A DNA stretch of 64,000 nt from Draconibacterium orientale. Lineage in GTDB: Bacteria > Bacteroidota > Bacteroidia > Bacteroidales > JAIFNL01. The stretch spans positions 1,831 to 65,830 of the forward strand of contig DZBP01000001.1 of assembly GCA_022729915.1 (NCBI GenBank), given 5' to 3'. A model generated the notes under the pieces. It did not search any database. It had not been told where the DNA came from and saw only the letters and a list, made by a program, of their open reading frames with translations. Below are positions 26,506 through 35,997 of the stretch, piece by piece; within the stretch, counting starts at the first letter, position 1, and every line of letters begins with the position of its first letter. Position numbers and translations under genes: made by a program.

Positions 26506-29463
26506 TTAGTCAAAAAAATCCATTAATTTTTCTTTGTCAAAATCTTTAAAAGGATTGTTAGAATTGATAAAAACTTCAGCTAAACTTGCCTTTTCTTCTT
26601 GCAGCTTTCTAATTTTATGTTCTATTGTTTTATTGCTTATAAAACGGTAAACAAATACATTTTTATCTTGTCCAATGCGATGAGCACGGTTAATTGCTTG
26701 AAGTTCAACTGCTGGATTCCACCAAGGGTCGAGAATAAACACATAATCGGCAGAAGTAAGATTTAATCCAACACCACCGGCTTTTATCGAAATCAAAAAT
26801 AACTTGGTTTCTTTGTCGTTTTGAAAATTATCGATTGCAATCTGTCGCTTTTCTTTGCTCATTTTGCCAGTTAAAATTGAATATTTCCAGTTGTTTTCCT
26901 TAAAATACCCTTCAAAAAGGCTTAAATGCTTCACAAACGATGAAAATATAAGTACATTATGGTTTTCAGAGATTAACGTTTTTAATTTATTTTTAACAAC
27001 ATCAAATTTGCCTGAATCAAACAATTTTTCTTCGTCGGCTAAAATAGGGTGATTTGCAATTTGCCTCAAACGGGTAAGCCCTTGAATTGCTAAAAACGAG
27101 GCGTTACTAATACCTTCACGTTCAATGTTTTGTAAAATCTGATTTCGTACTTTCGATTTTTCTTCTTCGTAAAAACTTGCTTGCTCTTCAAACATATCGC
27201 AATACAAAATTTGTTCGGTTACCGGAGGTAAATCTTTGGCTACCAGCTCTTTTGTACGGCGCATAATGAAAGGCTTGATTAGTATTTGCAATTTTTGTTG
27301 TCGTTCTAAATCTTGTTCTTTTTCTATTGGTTTTACATATTCTTTCATAAAAAAATTGTAAGAACCTAATAATCCATTATTTACAAAATTCATTTGCGAC
27401 CAAAGGTCAGTTAATGAGTTTTCGATGGGAGTTCCTGTCAAAACCAATTTATAACTCGAATTTAATTCCAATAACGCTTTGTAAACTTTTGATTGTGAAT
27501 TTTTTACATATTGACTTTCATCAAGAATTATGTAATGAAATTGGTAATTTCTTAGCATTTCAAACTCGTTGCGAACGATGCCATAGCTCGCAAGTATAAT
27601 GTGGTAATTATCAAAAACTTCTACTGTTTTGCTACGCCCGTTACCTACAAATTTTAAAATTTTGAGTTTCGGATTGAATTTTTCAAATTCTTTTTCCCAG
27701 TTGATAATCAGCGAAACAGGCATTACAATTAAGCTTGCTTTTGTTTTTGAAGTTTTCGTATCAATAGGAGCATTTGTTTGAAATAGCGAAAGTTGTCCAT
27801 TTTTATTGGGTATTTCCAGATTTATCGAACTTTCATTGTAAATTTTTGAAAGTAACGTAATGGTTTGCAATGTTTTACCAAGTCCCATATCGTCGGCTAG
27901 GCAACCTCCAAAATTATTTTCTTGCAACAAGTTCATCCAAAAAAAGCCTTCTTTTTGATACGAACGCAATTCAGCATTTATAGCTGACGGAATATCTATT
28001 TTTTCGGGTAAATTGAAATTTGCTAATTCTTTGAGAGAAGTTAATATATTTTTATCAGTTTCTAAAATTCGTTCTCTAATTAAATTGAAGTGAAATGCTT
28101 TTAATTGAATGAGTTTTTCTCTGGAATTGACAAACAACATCATATCTGCATACTTTGCAAACCATTCGAGCGGCAAAATGAAAACTTTTCCGTTGGGTAG
28201 CTTAAATTCTCTATTTCCATGCAAAATATGCTTTTTAAATTTATAAAAAGGAATTTCAAATTCGTCGAATTCAATCACTGCATACAAATCAAACCAGTCT
28301 TTTTCTATATTTTGTAGTTTAATGTTTAGATTAAATTTACCTAAGTAAAATTGCTCTAAATCAAGGTTTTGTTCAATAATAAAACCTGCTTTCAAAATTG
28401 CCTCAGTATTTGCATTTAACCAGTTGATAAGTTCGTAATTATGAAAGTCAATATCGGTTGAAAAAATGCTAGGACAGTAGTTTCCAAACGAGTCAATTTC
28501 TAAGCCTAATTGACTTATTGCTAATAATTTATCATTTTCCCAATCGATATCGTGCGAAAGCTTTTCAAAATAAAAACTGGTTTCTCTTTCAATAAAATAC
28601 ACTAAATCTTTCGCTTTGTAATTAGGAAAAAAAGACCTATCACCATAATGAAATTGAAGCACCAAAACCAGCTTATTATTCATATTTTTTTGTAAGGTCA
28701 AACTAGCTTTTTTTGCCGGATTTAATTGTTTAATTTCAAAGCCAGAAGTATTCACTCTATATTTTTTGATTGCCGGTTGAGCAAAAACTTCGAACCACTT
28801 TTTTTCAGCTCGTTGCTCAATTGGAATAAATTGTTTTATAAAAAAAGGCTGAAGTTTTTTTCCGTCAATATCGTCAAAATAAAATAATTGCTTATCTAAA
28901 ATTAGGCGACAAGGTTCATTGGATATAATAATTCCAAATTTTCCATACAAAGAAATATCATTTCCTTGGTGAAAAATTGATAAATGATACCTTGTTTTAT
29001 CTTTTCCTCTATTGATGTTGAACACTGTTTCGGCAGCTTGATTTTCAATTTTTATTTCGTCAGAAAGATATACATTGGCTAAATTATCTACTTTATGAAA
29101 GAGTCTTATTTCCGAATTTCGCAGAATATCAATTATTTGCACTATTCTACGCTCTACATACGGGCGTATGTGCGAATCAAACATTTCTTTGTCGCTGCTT
29201 TTGTAAAATTCATTTGGACTTGAGACGTTTTTTTTATTTTTCGAAAATTTGCGCATCAAATTCACATCGCTGTATTCTTCAATTAATCGAACCAATTTAA
29301 TTTCTTCTGGCGAAAAATTGGAAGCGTAAGCTTTTGTATGAGCAATAGTTACACTTTCTTGAATTACATAATAATCACGTTGGGGTTGCGATTTTATTTT
29401 ATAAGCTACTGGCACATAACCTATATTAAAGTGCTCTCTAATTGCTATGATAAACTCTTCCAT
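26506..29463 (-). CDS. SNF2-family helicase with a large uncharacterised N-terminal domain
   Basis: 985 aa. The C-terminal half carries SNF2_N/helicase motifs: LADDMGLGKT (I), ILDESQYVKN (II, DExx), LTGTPIEN (III), and WWNPAVELQAINRAHRIGQ (VI). The first ~480 aa have no motif I can name. Confidence 0.85.
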   Translation of the reverse strand: MEEFIIAIREHFNIGYVPVAYKIKSQPQRDYYVIQESVTIAHTKAYASNFSPEEIKLVRLIEEYSDVNLMRKFSKNKKNVSSPNEFYKSSDKEMFDSHIRPYVERRIVQIIDILRNSEIRLFHKVDNLANVYLSDEIKIENQAAETVFNINRGKDKTRYHLSIFHQGNDISLYGKFGIIISNEPCRLILDKQLFYFDDIDGKKLQPFFIKQFIPIEQRAEKKWFEVFAQPAIKKYRVNTSGFEIKQLNPAKKASLTLQKNMNNKLVLVLQFHYGDRSFFPNYKAKDLVYFIERETSFYFEKLSHDIDWENDKLLAISQLGLEIDSFGNYCPSIFSTDIDFHNYELINWLNANTEAILKAGFIIEQNLDLEQFYLGKFNLNIKLQNIEKDWFDLYAVIEFDEFEIPFYKFKKHILHGNREFKLPNGKVFILPLEWFAKYADMMLFVNSREKLIQLKAFHFNLIRERILETDKNILTSLKELANFNLPEKIDIPSAINAELRSYQKEGFFWMNLLQENNFGGCLADDMGLGKTLQTITLLSKIYNESSINLEIPNKNGQLSLFQTNAPIDTKTSKTKASLIVMPVSLIINWEKEFEKFNPKLKILKFVGNGRSKTVEVFDNYHIILASYGIVRNEFEMLRNYQFHYIILDESQYVKNSQSKVYKALLELNSSYKLVLTGTPIENSLTDLWSQMNFVNNGLLGSYNFFMKEYVKPIEKEQDLERQQKLQILIKPFIMRRTKELVAKDLPPVTEQILYCDMFEEQASFYEEEKSKVRNQILQNIEREGISNASFLAIQGLTRLRQIANHPILADEEKLFDSGKFDVVKNKLKTLISENHNVLIFSSFVKHLSLFEGYFKENNWKYSILTGKMSKEKRQIAIDNFQNDKETKLFLISIKAGGVGLNLTSADYVFILDPWWNPAVELQAINRAHRIGQDKNVFVYRFISNKTIEHKIRKLQEEKASLAEVFINSNNPFKDFDKEKLMDFFD

Positions 29464-29499
29464 TTGAGTAGTTTTAAAATTAAATAAAGTCGTATTTTT

Positions 29500-30264
29500 T
29501 TATCGAATAAATACAAATTCATTTTCGTTTGACATGGCTTGGTTAAAAGTGTACGATTCTACATCAAACGCTTTCAAATCATTTGGATTTGTGAGCTCGT
29601 TTTGAATAATAAATCGGGTCATTAAACCACGTGCTTTTTTTGCTAAAACAGCTATGGTTTGATAGTTTCCGTTTTTTTCTTCTTTAAAAATAGGTGTTAT
29701 TATTTTAGTTTTAATACCACTGGTTTTAACGGATTTAAAATATTCATTAGATGCTAAATTGATGAGTGTTTTTTTGTTTAATTCGAGCAAAGTACTATTA
29801 AGTTTTTCGGTAATTTTATTTCCCCAAAATTGGTACAAATTATCGCCCATTTTTGTTTGTAATTTTGTACCCATTTCCAAACGGTAAGCTTGAATTAAAT
29901 CCAAAGGTCGCAACAATCCGTACAAACCCGAAAGTATCCGCAAATAATTTTGCGAACGTTCTAATTCATTGGTTGTTAGCGAGTCTACATCAATTCCTCT
30001 AAAAACTTCACCTCTAAAAGCAACTAGAGCTTGCTTTGCATTTTCGGGGGTGAAATTTTTTTGCCAAGCTCTATTGCGCATAAAATTAAGTTCAGCTAAA
30101 TTGTTGCTTATTCCCATCAATTCAGATAAATTTTCAGGTGTTTTTCTTCGCAATTCTTTTATCAAGATTTCAGAATCTTTCAAAAAATCAGGAATTGTGA
30201 ATTGCGATGTTGCACTTTGTGCATTCAAATCTAATGTTTTAGCCGGAGAAATTACGATTAGCAT
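29500..30264 (-). CDS. yaaA: peroxide stress protein YaaA (UPF0246)
   Basis: 254 aa. The N-terminal MLIVISPAKTLD is the YaaA signature. Confidence 0.85.
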   Translation of the reverse strand: MLIVISPAKTLDLNAQSATSQFTIPDFLKDSEILIKELRRKTPENLSELMGISNNLAELNFMRNRAWQKNFTPENAKQALVAFRGEVFRGIDVDSLTTNELERSQNYLRILSGLYGLLRPLDLIQAYRLEMGTKLQTKMGDNLYQFWGNKITEKLNSTLLELNKKTLINLASNEYFKSVKTSGIKTKIITPIFKEEKNGNYQTIAVLAKKARGLMTRFIIQNELTNPNDLKAFDVESYTFNQAMSNENEFVFIR

Positions 30265-30591
30265 TTTTTATATTTTTTGTATTAAAAAAAATTACATGTT
30301 CTGTTATTTGTTCAAAATACTTCTCAAAGCATAAAAACAAATTAAAACCTCTTAAATTAAAAAAAGTTTTTCATTTTTTATTTTGAAAATAACAAACCAC
30401 AAAACTAGTTATTTCTTACTAAAATTTAGTTTTTTTTTATTTTTTTTAATAAAATACTTTTTATCCTATCGAAAATTATTATTTTTACACTCTTTAAAAT
30501 ATTTTATATTAGAACGAAATAAGTACATTTGAAATAGCACAATAGCTATATATCTAAGTTTGTATAAACAAAATTTGAATACCATAAAGCA

Positions 30592-33018
30592 ATGTTTTAT
30601 AGATTTTTTTTTCGAAATTTACTTTTTTTATTGGTACAATTATTCATTTTAGTTGGTTTTTCAACAACTTCTTTTGCACAGGGCGTAGAAGAGGAAAAAA
30701 AATTTAGACAAATTGATAGTCTTTCTATGCTTTTTGCAAAAGCACCAACCGATAAAAAGAAAATTACTTATTTATTGCAACTAGCTGAATTACATAGCGA
30801 AACTGATACAATAAAGGCAAAAAATTACTTGAAAAAAGCAAAAACATTAGCAGATTCGATACAGCAAAATTCTTATTATGCATTGTATTACAACCAAATA
30901 GGAATTTATTATCGCCTTCAAAAGCAATATTTAAAATCAAAAAAATTCTACGACAAAGCGATGGATTTGGCACTTAAAGCCAAAAATGACACTATTTTGG
31001 CAGGCGTATATTTTGAAATGGGGCGTTATTTTATTTTGCAAAAAGAAATTGATGCCTCTATCGAAATGCATAAGAAGGCATTAGAAATTAGAATAAAATA
31101 TAAAAATCGAAAAAAAATTGGCGAAAGTTACAATGCGGTAGGATTAATGTATCTGAAGAAAAATGACTACGTTTCTGCCCAACCTTATCATATAGAATCA
31201 TTGAAGATTAAGCAAGAATTGGTAGATAAGGAAGGAATTGGAATGGAATACAATAATCTTGGAACGATATACATGAAGTTGAATAATTTTCCTATTGCAC
31301 TGGATTATTTTAGAAAGAGTATAGAAGTTTCTAAGGAATTGAAAAAAATTGATCAACAAGTGAGAGTTGTCGGAAATATTGCTGGAATTTATAGATACAA
31401 TGGCGAAAATGAGAAAGCCTTAGAGTACTATCAAGAAGCGTTGGAGCTAGCTAAAGAGGAAGGTGATGATAAACTTATAAGAGATGCTTATTTGAATTTA
31501 GGTATTTCCCATAAAGATTTAGGAAATTACAAAAAGGCATCGGAGTATTTTGAAAAAACATTGAAAATGACCGATATAAAGGTTAAAAACAATAGCCTTT
31601 CTTTGGTTTATCGCAACATTGGCGATATTTATTATTTGCAAAAAAATTACACACAGGCTTCGCCTTATTATAAAAAAGCGTTGGAAATAGTAGAAATTGG
31701 TGGTACTTCCGATTTTATAGCTTTTACGCATTACTGTATTGCAAAGCTTTATTTTGATGCAAATAAATTGCAAAGTGCAAAAAAAGAAGCAAATATAAGT
31801 ATTGAGTTGTCGCGTAAATTTGGATTTCACGTTTTTGAAAAAAATGGAATTGCTATTTTAGCACAAATTGAGTTTGCCAATAAAAATTATAAAGAAGCTT
31901 TTAAGCTATTGTCGAGAGCTGAAGAAATGAAAGATTCGATAAATAGAGAGCAGAAACACAAGGAATTAGCAGATTCGAGAGCTATATTTGAATCGGACAA
32001 GAATAAGGAAAAAGCTGAAATATTAGCTGCCAAAGATAGAGAAAATACTATAAAGTTAGAGGTTGCAGCAACTAAAAGTAAATTACAAAATTGGATTATG
32101 GGTTTTATTCTTGTAACCATTGTAGGCTTGGGAATTTTTATTATTGTAATTACAAAGAAAAATAAAGTAGTAAAAAAATCACAAATAGAGCTGGCTGCAA
32201 AAAATATTGAAATTCAAAGCAAAAAAGAAGCATTAGAAAAAACACTTTCTGAGCTTAAAATAGCTCAAAACCAATTGATTGAATCAGAAAAAATGGCATC
32301 TTTGGGTAACCTGGTAGCTGGAGTTGCGCACGAAATGAACACACCTATTGGAATTGGTGTGCAAGCAAATTCTGGAATTTTGAATCGTACTATCCAGATT
32401 ATCAGCGATATAAAAACTCAAAATATTAGCAAATTGAATATGCTCAAATACATAGAACATACCTACGAATCGAGCAAATTAGCTCTTTCAAATCTGCAAA
32501 GAACTGCCGAATTAATTAAAAGTTTCAAACTAGTTTCGGTCGATCAATCGGTTGAAAATGTTAGGAAATTTAAAATATTGGAGTATTTTAATGAAGTACT
32601 AATCAGCTTTAGTTCAACACTCAAAAAGCAAAATATTGAAGTTGAAATTGACTGCAACAAAGATTTAGAAATTAAAAGTTACCCGGGCGCATTTGCACAA
32701 ATACTTACAAATTTAGTAATCAATGCATTAAACCACGGATTTAAAGACAAAACTGACGGAAAAATACATATAACTGTTAAAAAAGAAGGCGAAACTTTTT
32801 TTATGACTTTTAGTGATACCGGAAAAGGAATGACTCCCGAGGTTTGTACTAAAATTTTTGACCCATTTTTTACCACCAACAAACAAACTGGAACCGGCTT
32901 AGGCTTGCACATTACGTACAATCTTATAACTCAAAAACTTAAAGGAAATATTTCATGCGAATCTGAAGTTAATATTGGCTCTACATTTCATATTACATTT
33001 CATGAATTTGCTGCTTAA
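30592..33018 (+). CDS. TPR-repeat sensor histidine kinase (orphan)
   Basis: 808 aa. Signal/TM segment, about 10 TPR-like repeats, a TM segment near residue 510, a coiled coil, an H-box AGVAHEMNTPIG, and an HATPase_c domain (N-box INALNHG, G-boxes DTGKGM and GTGLGL). Confidence 0.85.
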   Translation: MFYRFFFRNLLFLLVQLFILVGFSTTSFAQGVEEEKKFRQIDSLSMLFAKAPTDKKKITYLLQLAELHSETDTIKAKNYLKKAKTLADSIQQNSYYALYYNQIGIYYRLQKQYLKSKKFYDKAMDLALKAKNDTILAGVYFEMGRYFILQKEIDASIEMHKKALEIRIKYKNRKKIGESYNAVGLMYLKKNDYVSAQPYHIESLKIKQELVDKEGIGMEYNNLGTIYMKLNNFPIALDYFRKSIEVSKELKKIDQQVRVVGNIAGIYRYNGENEKALEYYQEALELAKEEGDDKLIRDAYLNLGISHKDLGNYKKASEYFEKTLKMTDIKVKNNSLSLVYRNIGDIYYLQKNYTQASPYYKKALEIVEIGGTSDFIAFTHYCIAKLYFDANKLQSAKKEANISIELSRKFGFHVFEKNGIAILAQIEFANKNYKEAFKLLSRAEEMKDSINREQKHKELADSRAIFESDKNKEKAEILAAKDRENTIKLEVAATKSKLQNWIMGFILVTIVGLGIFIIVITKKNKVVKKSQIELAAKNIEIQSKKEALEKTLSELKIAQNQLIESEKMASLGNLVAGVAHEMNTPIGIGVQANSGILNRTIQIISDIKTQNISKLNMLKYIEHTYESSKLALSNLQRTAELIKSFKLVSVDQSVENVRKFKILEYFNEVLISFSSTLKKQNIEVEIDCNKDLEIKSYPGAFAQILTNLVINALNHGFKDKTDGKIHITVKKEGETFFMTFSDTGKGMTPEVCTKIFDPFFTTNKQTGTGLGLHITYNLITQKLKGNISCESEVNIGSTFHITFHEFAA

Positions 33019-33166
33019 AAAGTTGCGAATCAAGCTTATATATTAATTTTACTAAGTACTTAATATTTATTTGATTACAGAAATATTTTCTTTGAGTAAA
33101 ATAGTAGTAATGAATATTTATTAAGGCAAAAAATTATAATTAAAAAAACTAACATTATCCAAAAAC

Positions 33167-35071
33167 TTGAGCAAATACGTAGAAATATTACAAAAATATT
33201 GGGGATATTCTGCTTTTCGTCCTCTACAAGAAGACATTATACGTTCGGTAGATGAGCAAAAAAAAGATACGCTCGGACTTTTGCCCACTGGAGGTGGAAA
33301 ATCCATCATTTTTCAAGTGCCAGCATTAGCGCGCGAAGGCATTTGTTTGGTAGTTACTCCGCTTATTGCTTTGATGAAAGATCAGGTAGAAAACCTTAAA
33401 AAACAAGGAATTAAAGCAGTTGCTATTTACTCCGGATTGAGCAAAAACGAAATAGATACGGCTTTGGATAATTGCATCTACGGAAAAATTAAATTTTTGT
33501 ATCTTTCTCCTGAAAGAATTGCTACCGAAATATTTATAACTAGAGTAAAAAAAATGAAGGTAAATTTAATTGCCATTGACGAATCGCATTGCATTTCGCA
33601 ATGGGGTTACGATTTTCGACCTTCATACTTGAAAATTAACCAATTAAGAGAACTTTTACCGAACGTACCATTTTTGGCGCTCACTGCAACTGCAACACCC
33701 GAAGTCGTGGACGATATTCAAAACAAATTGGGTTTTAAACAAAAAAATGTTTTTAAGAAAAGTTTTGAACGCAAGAACTTAATTTATATCGTTAGAAAAG
33801 TTGAAGACAAAATGAAATATTTACTTCAAATTGTTACAAAAGAAAATTCGAGTGGAGTAATTTATGTTCGAAGCAGAAAAAAAACGTTTGAGATAGCACA
33901 ATTTTTGAGAAAAAATCAAATTTCAGCAGATTATTTTCATGCCGGACTCACAAATGACCAAAAAGATGCAAAACAAGAAGCTTGGAAGAAGGGATATACC
34001 AAAGTAATAGTCTCAACCAATGCATTTGGTATGGGAATTGACAAATCCGATGTCCGTTTTGTGGTTCATATTGACCTTCCAGACTCTCTCGAAGCCTATT
34101 TTCAAGAAGCTGGGCGTGCAGGACGCGACGAAAAAATTGCTTACGCTGTTTTGCTTTACAACGAAACCGACAAGCAAAACTTGCTGCGCAATTTTACAAC
34201 TTCTTTTCCTTCGAGAGAAACTATAAAAGCTGTATATCAGGCTATTTGCAATTTTTATCAACTGCCGATTGGAACAGGAAAAGGCATGAGCAACGATTTC
34301 AAGCTCGAAGAATTTGCTGGAAATTACCATTTTAATTACATCACAATTCTTACAAGTCTTAAATTTTTACAACATGAAGGATATCTCGAACTTACAGAAG
34401 AAATTAACAATCCATCAAAGATAAAATTTATCGTAGATAGAAATGATTTGTACAATTTTCAAGTTTCGAGTCCCAAATTCGATGCTTTTATCAAATTGAT
34501 TTTGAGAACTTATGAGGGTGTTTTTTCTGAGTATGTTAAAATTGACGAGCAAACACTTGCCAAAAATGCGCAAGCCACAAGAGATTTGGTTTACAGCTAT
34601 TTAGTTAAACTTGGCAATTTAAATATCATCAACTACATTCCTCAGAAAAAAGTACCGCAACTTATTTTTATCGAAGAGCGTTTAGACGAAAAAGCCCTTA
34701 TTATTTCGCACGAATACTATGAGGAGCGAAAACTTCGTTATCAGAAAAAAATTGAAGCCGTTTTAAATTATGCCAACAGCGATGTGTGCAGGAGTAAAAT
34801 ACTTTTGGAGTATTTTGGTCAAAAAAATGCTCCCGAATGTGGAAATTGCGATGTGTGCAGAAAAAAAAATGAAACAGGCTTAGGACGTTTCGAGTTTAAT
34901 AGAATCAAAACTGAAATACTTGAATTTATAGGCGATTCTGCTTTTATAATAGATGAAATCGTTAGAAAGCTCAGTTTTGAAGAAGAAAAGATAATAAAAG
35001 TAGTGCAATTTCTTCTCGATAACGAGATTATTGCCTACAATAAACATGGAAAATTAGAAAAAATACAATAA
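33167..35071 (+). CDS. recQ: RecQ-family ATP-dependent DNA helicase
   Basis: 634 aa. FRPLQ, PTGGGKS (motif I), DESHCISQWGYDFRP (DExH), AFGMGIDK, QEAGRAGRD, and a Zn-binding Cys cluster (CRSK...CGNCDVC). TTG start. Confidence 0.88.
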   Translation: MSKYVEILQKYWGYSAFRPLQEDIIRSVDEQKKDTLGLLPTGGGKSIIFQVPALAREGICLVVTPLIALMKDQVENLKKQGIKAVAIYSGLSKNEIDTALDNCIYGKIKFLYLSPERIATEIFITRVKKMKVNLIAIDESHCISQWGYDFRPSYLKINQLRELLPNVPFLALTATATPEVVDDIQNKLGFKQKNVFKKSFERKNLIYIVRKVEDKMKYLLQIVTKENSSGVIYVRSRKKTFEIAQFLRKNQISADYFHAGLTNDQKDAKQEAWKKGYTKVIVSTNAFGMGIDKSDVRFVVHIDLPDSLEAYFQEAGRAGRDEKIAYAVLLYNETDKQNLLRNFTTSFPSRETIKAVYQAICNFYQLPIGTGKGMSNDFKLEEFAGNYHFNYITILTSLKFLQHEGYLELTEEINNPSKIKFIVDRNDLYNFQVSSPKFDAFIKLILRTYEGVFSEYVKIDEQTLAKNAQATRDLVYSYLVKLGNLNIINYIPQKKVPQLIFIEERLDEKALIISHEYYEERKLRYQKKIEAVLNYANSDVCRSKILLEYFGQKNAPECGNCDVCRKKNETGLGRFEFNRIKTEILEFIGDSAFIIDEIVRKLSFEEEKIIKVVQFLLDNEIIAYNKHGKLEKIQ

Positions 35072-35135
35072 ATTGATTTTAAAATCAATTTTATATTCGA
35101 TTTATTATAGGTTTTAAAAGGAAATACAGTCTAAA

Positions 35136-35810
35136 ATGATTAAAATCGAAAATTTAATTAAAAAATTTTCTTCAAAAGAATTTGAAACTTTAGCTCTTAA
35201 CAGCGTAAGTCTTGAGGTCAAATCTGGCGAATTTGTGGCAATAATGGGACCATCGGGTTGTGGAAAATCTACGCTTTTAAATATTATCGGAATGCTCGAC
35301 AGTGCAACGGAAGGTCGTTATTTTTTTCAAAATCAAGCAGTTAATAAATTATCAGAGAGCAAATTAAGTAAATTAAGACGAGGAACAATCGGATTCATTT
35401 TTCAAAGTTTCAATTTAATAGACGAACTTACTATTTATGAAAATGTAGAATTACCTTTGCTTTACTTGAATTTATCTACCGAAGAGCGAGCCAATAGAGT
35501 AAATGAAGCTTTAATAGCTACAAAAATGCCACATCGTGCCAACTATTTTCCGCAGCAACTATCTGGTGGTCAGCAACAAAGAGTTGCAATAGCGCGAGCA
35601 GTAGTAAGCAAACCAAAGCTTATTTTAGCCGACGAGCCTACCGGAAATTTGGATTCAGCCAATGGCGAAGAAATAATGAATTTGCTTACTTCACTTAACG
35701 AAAGCGGAACCACTATTATTATGGTAACTCATTCAGCATCAGATGCTGACAAAGCAAATCGAATTGTTCACTTGCTCGACGGACATGTGATAAGTGAAAA
35801 TTTTAAATAA
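35136..35810 (+). CDS. ABC transporter ATP-binding protein (MacB/LolD-like ATPase); no adjacent permease
   Basis: 224 aa. Walker A GPSGCGKST, signature LSGGQQQRV, and Walker B ILADEPTGNLD. Confidence 0.88.
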   Translation: MIKIENLIKKFSSKEFETLALNSVSLEVKSGEFVAIMGPSGCGKSTLLNIIGMLDSATEGRYFFQNQAVNKLSESKLSKLRRGTIGFIFQSFNLIDELTIYENVELPLLYLNLSTEERANRVNEALIATKMPHRANYFPQQLSGGQQQRVAIARAVVSKPKLILADEPTGNLDSANGEEIMNLLTSLNESGTTIIMVTHSASDADKANRIVHLLDGHVISENFK

Positions 35811-35997
35811 ATTGCTTCAGTTCAATCGTTTTAGGAACATATTTTGCATAGTTGTTTGTGTAGAGAACAAAGAAATTAAGTAACTGACTAAAATAAATTG
35901 ATAGTTGTAAGTATTAATTACTTTAATATCAATTAGTTATTGGAATATTGTTTGAAGATAAATACATAAGTACTTATTGATTTAATAAAAATAAATT

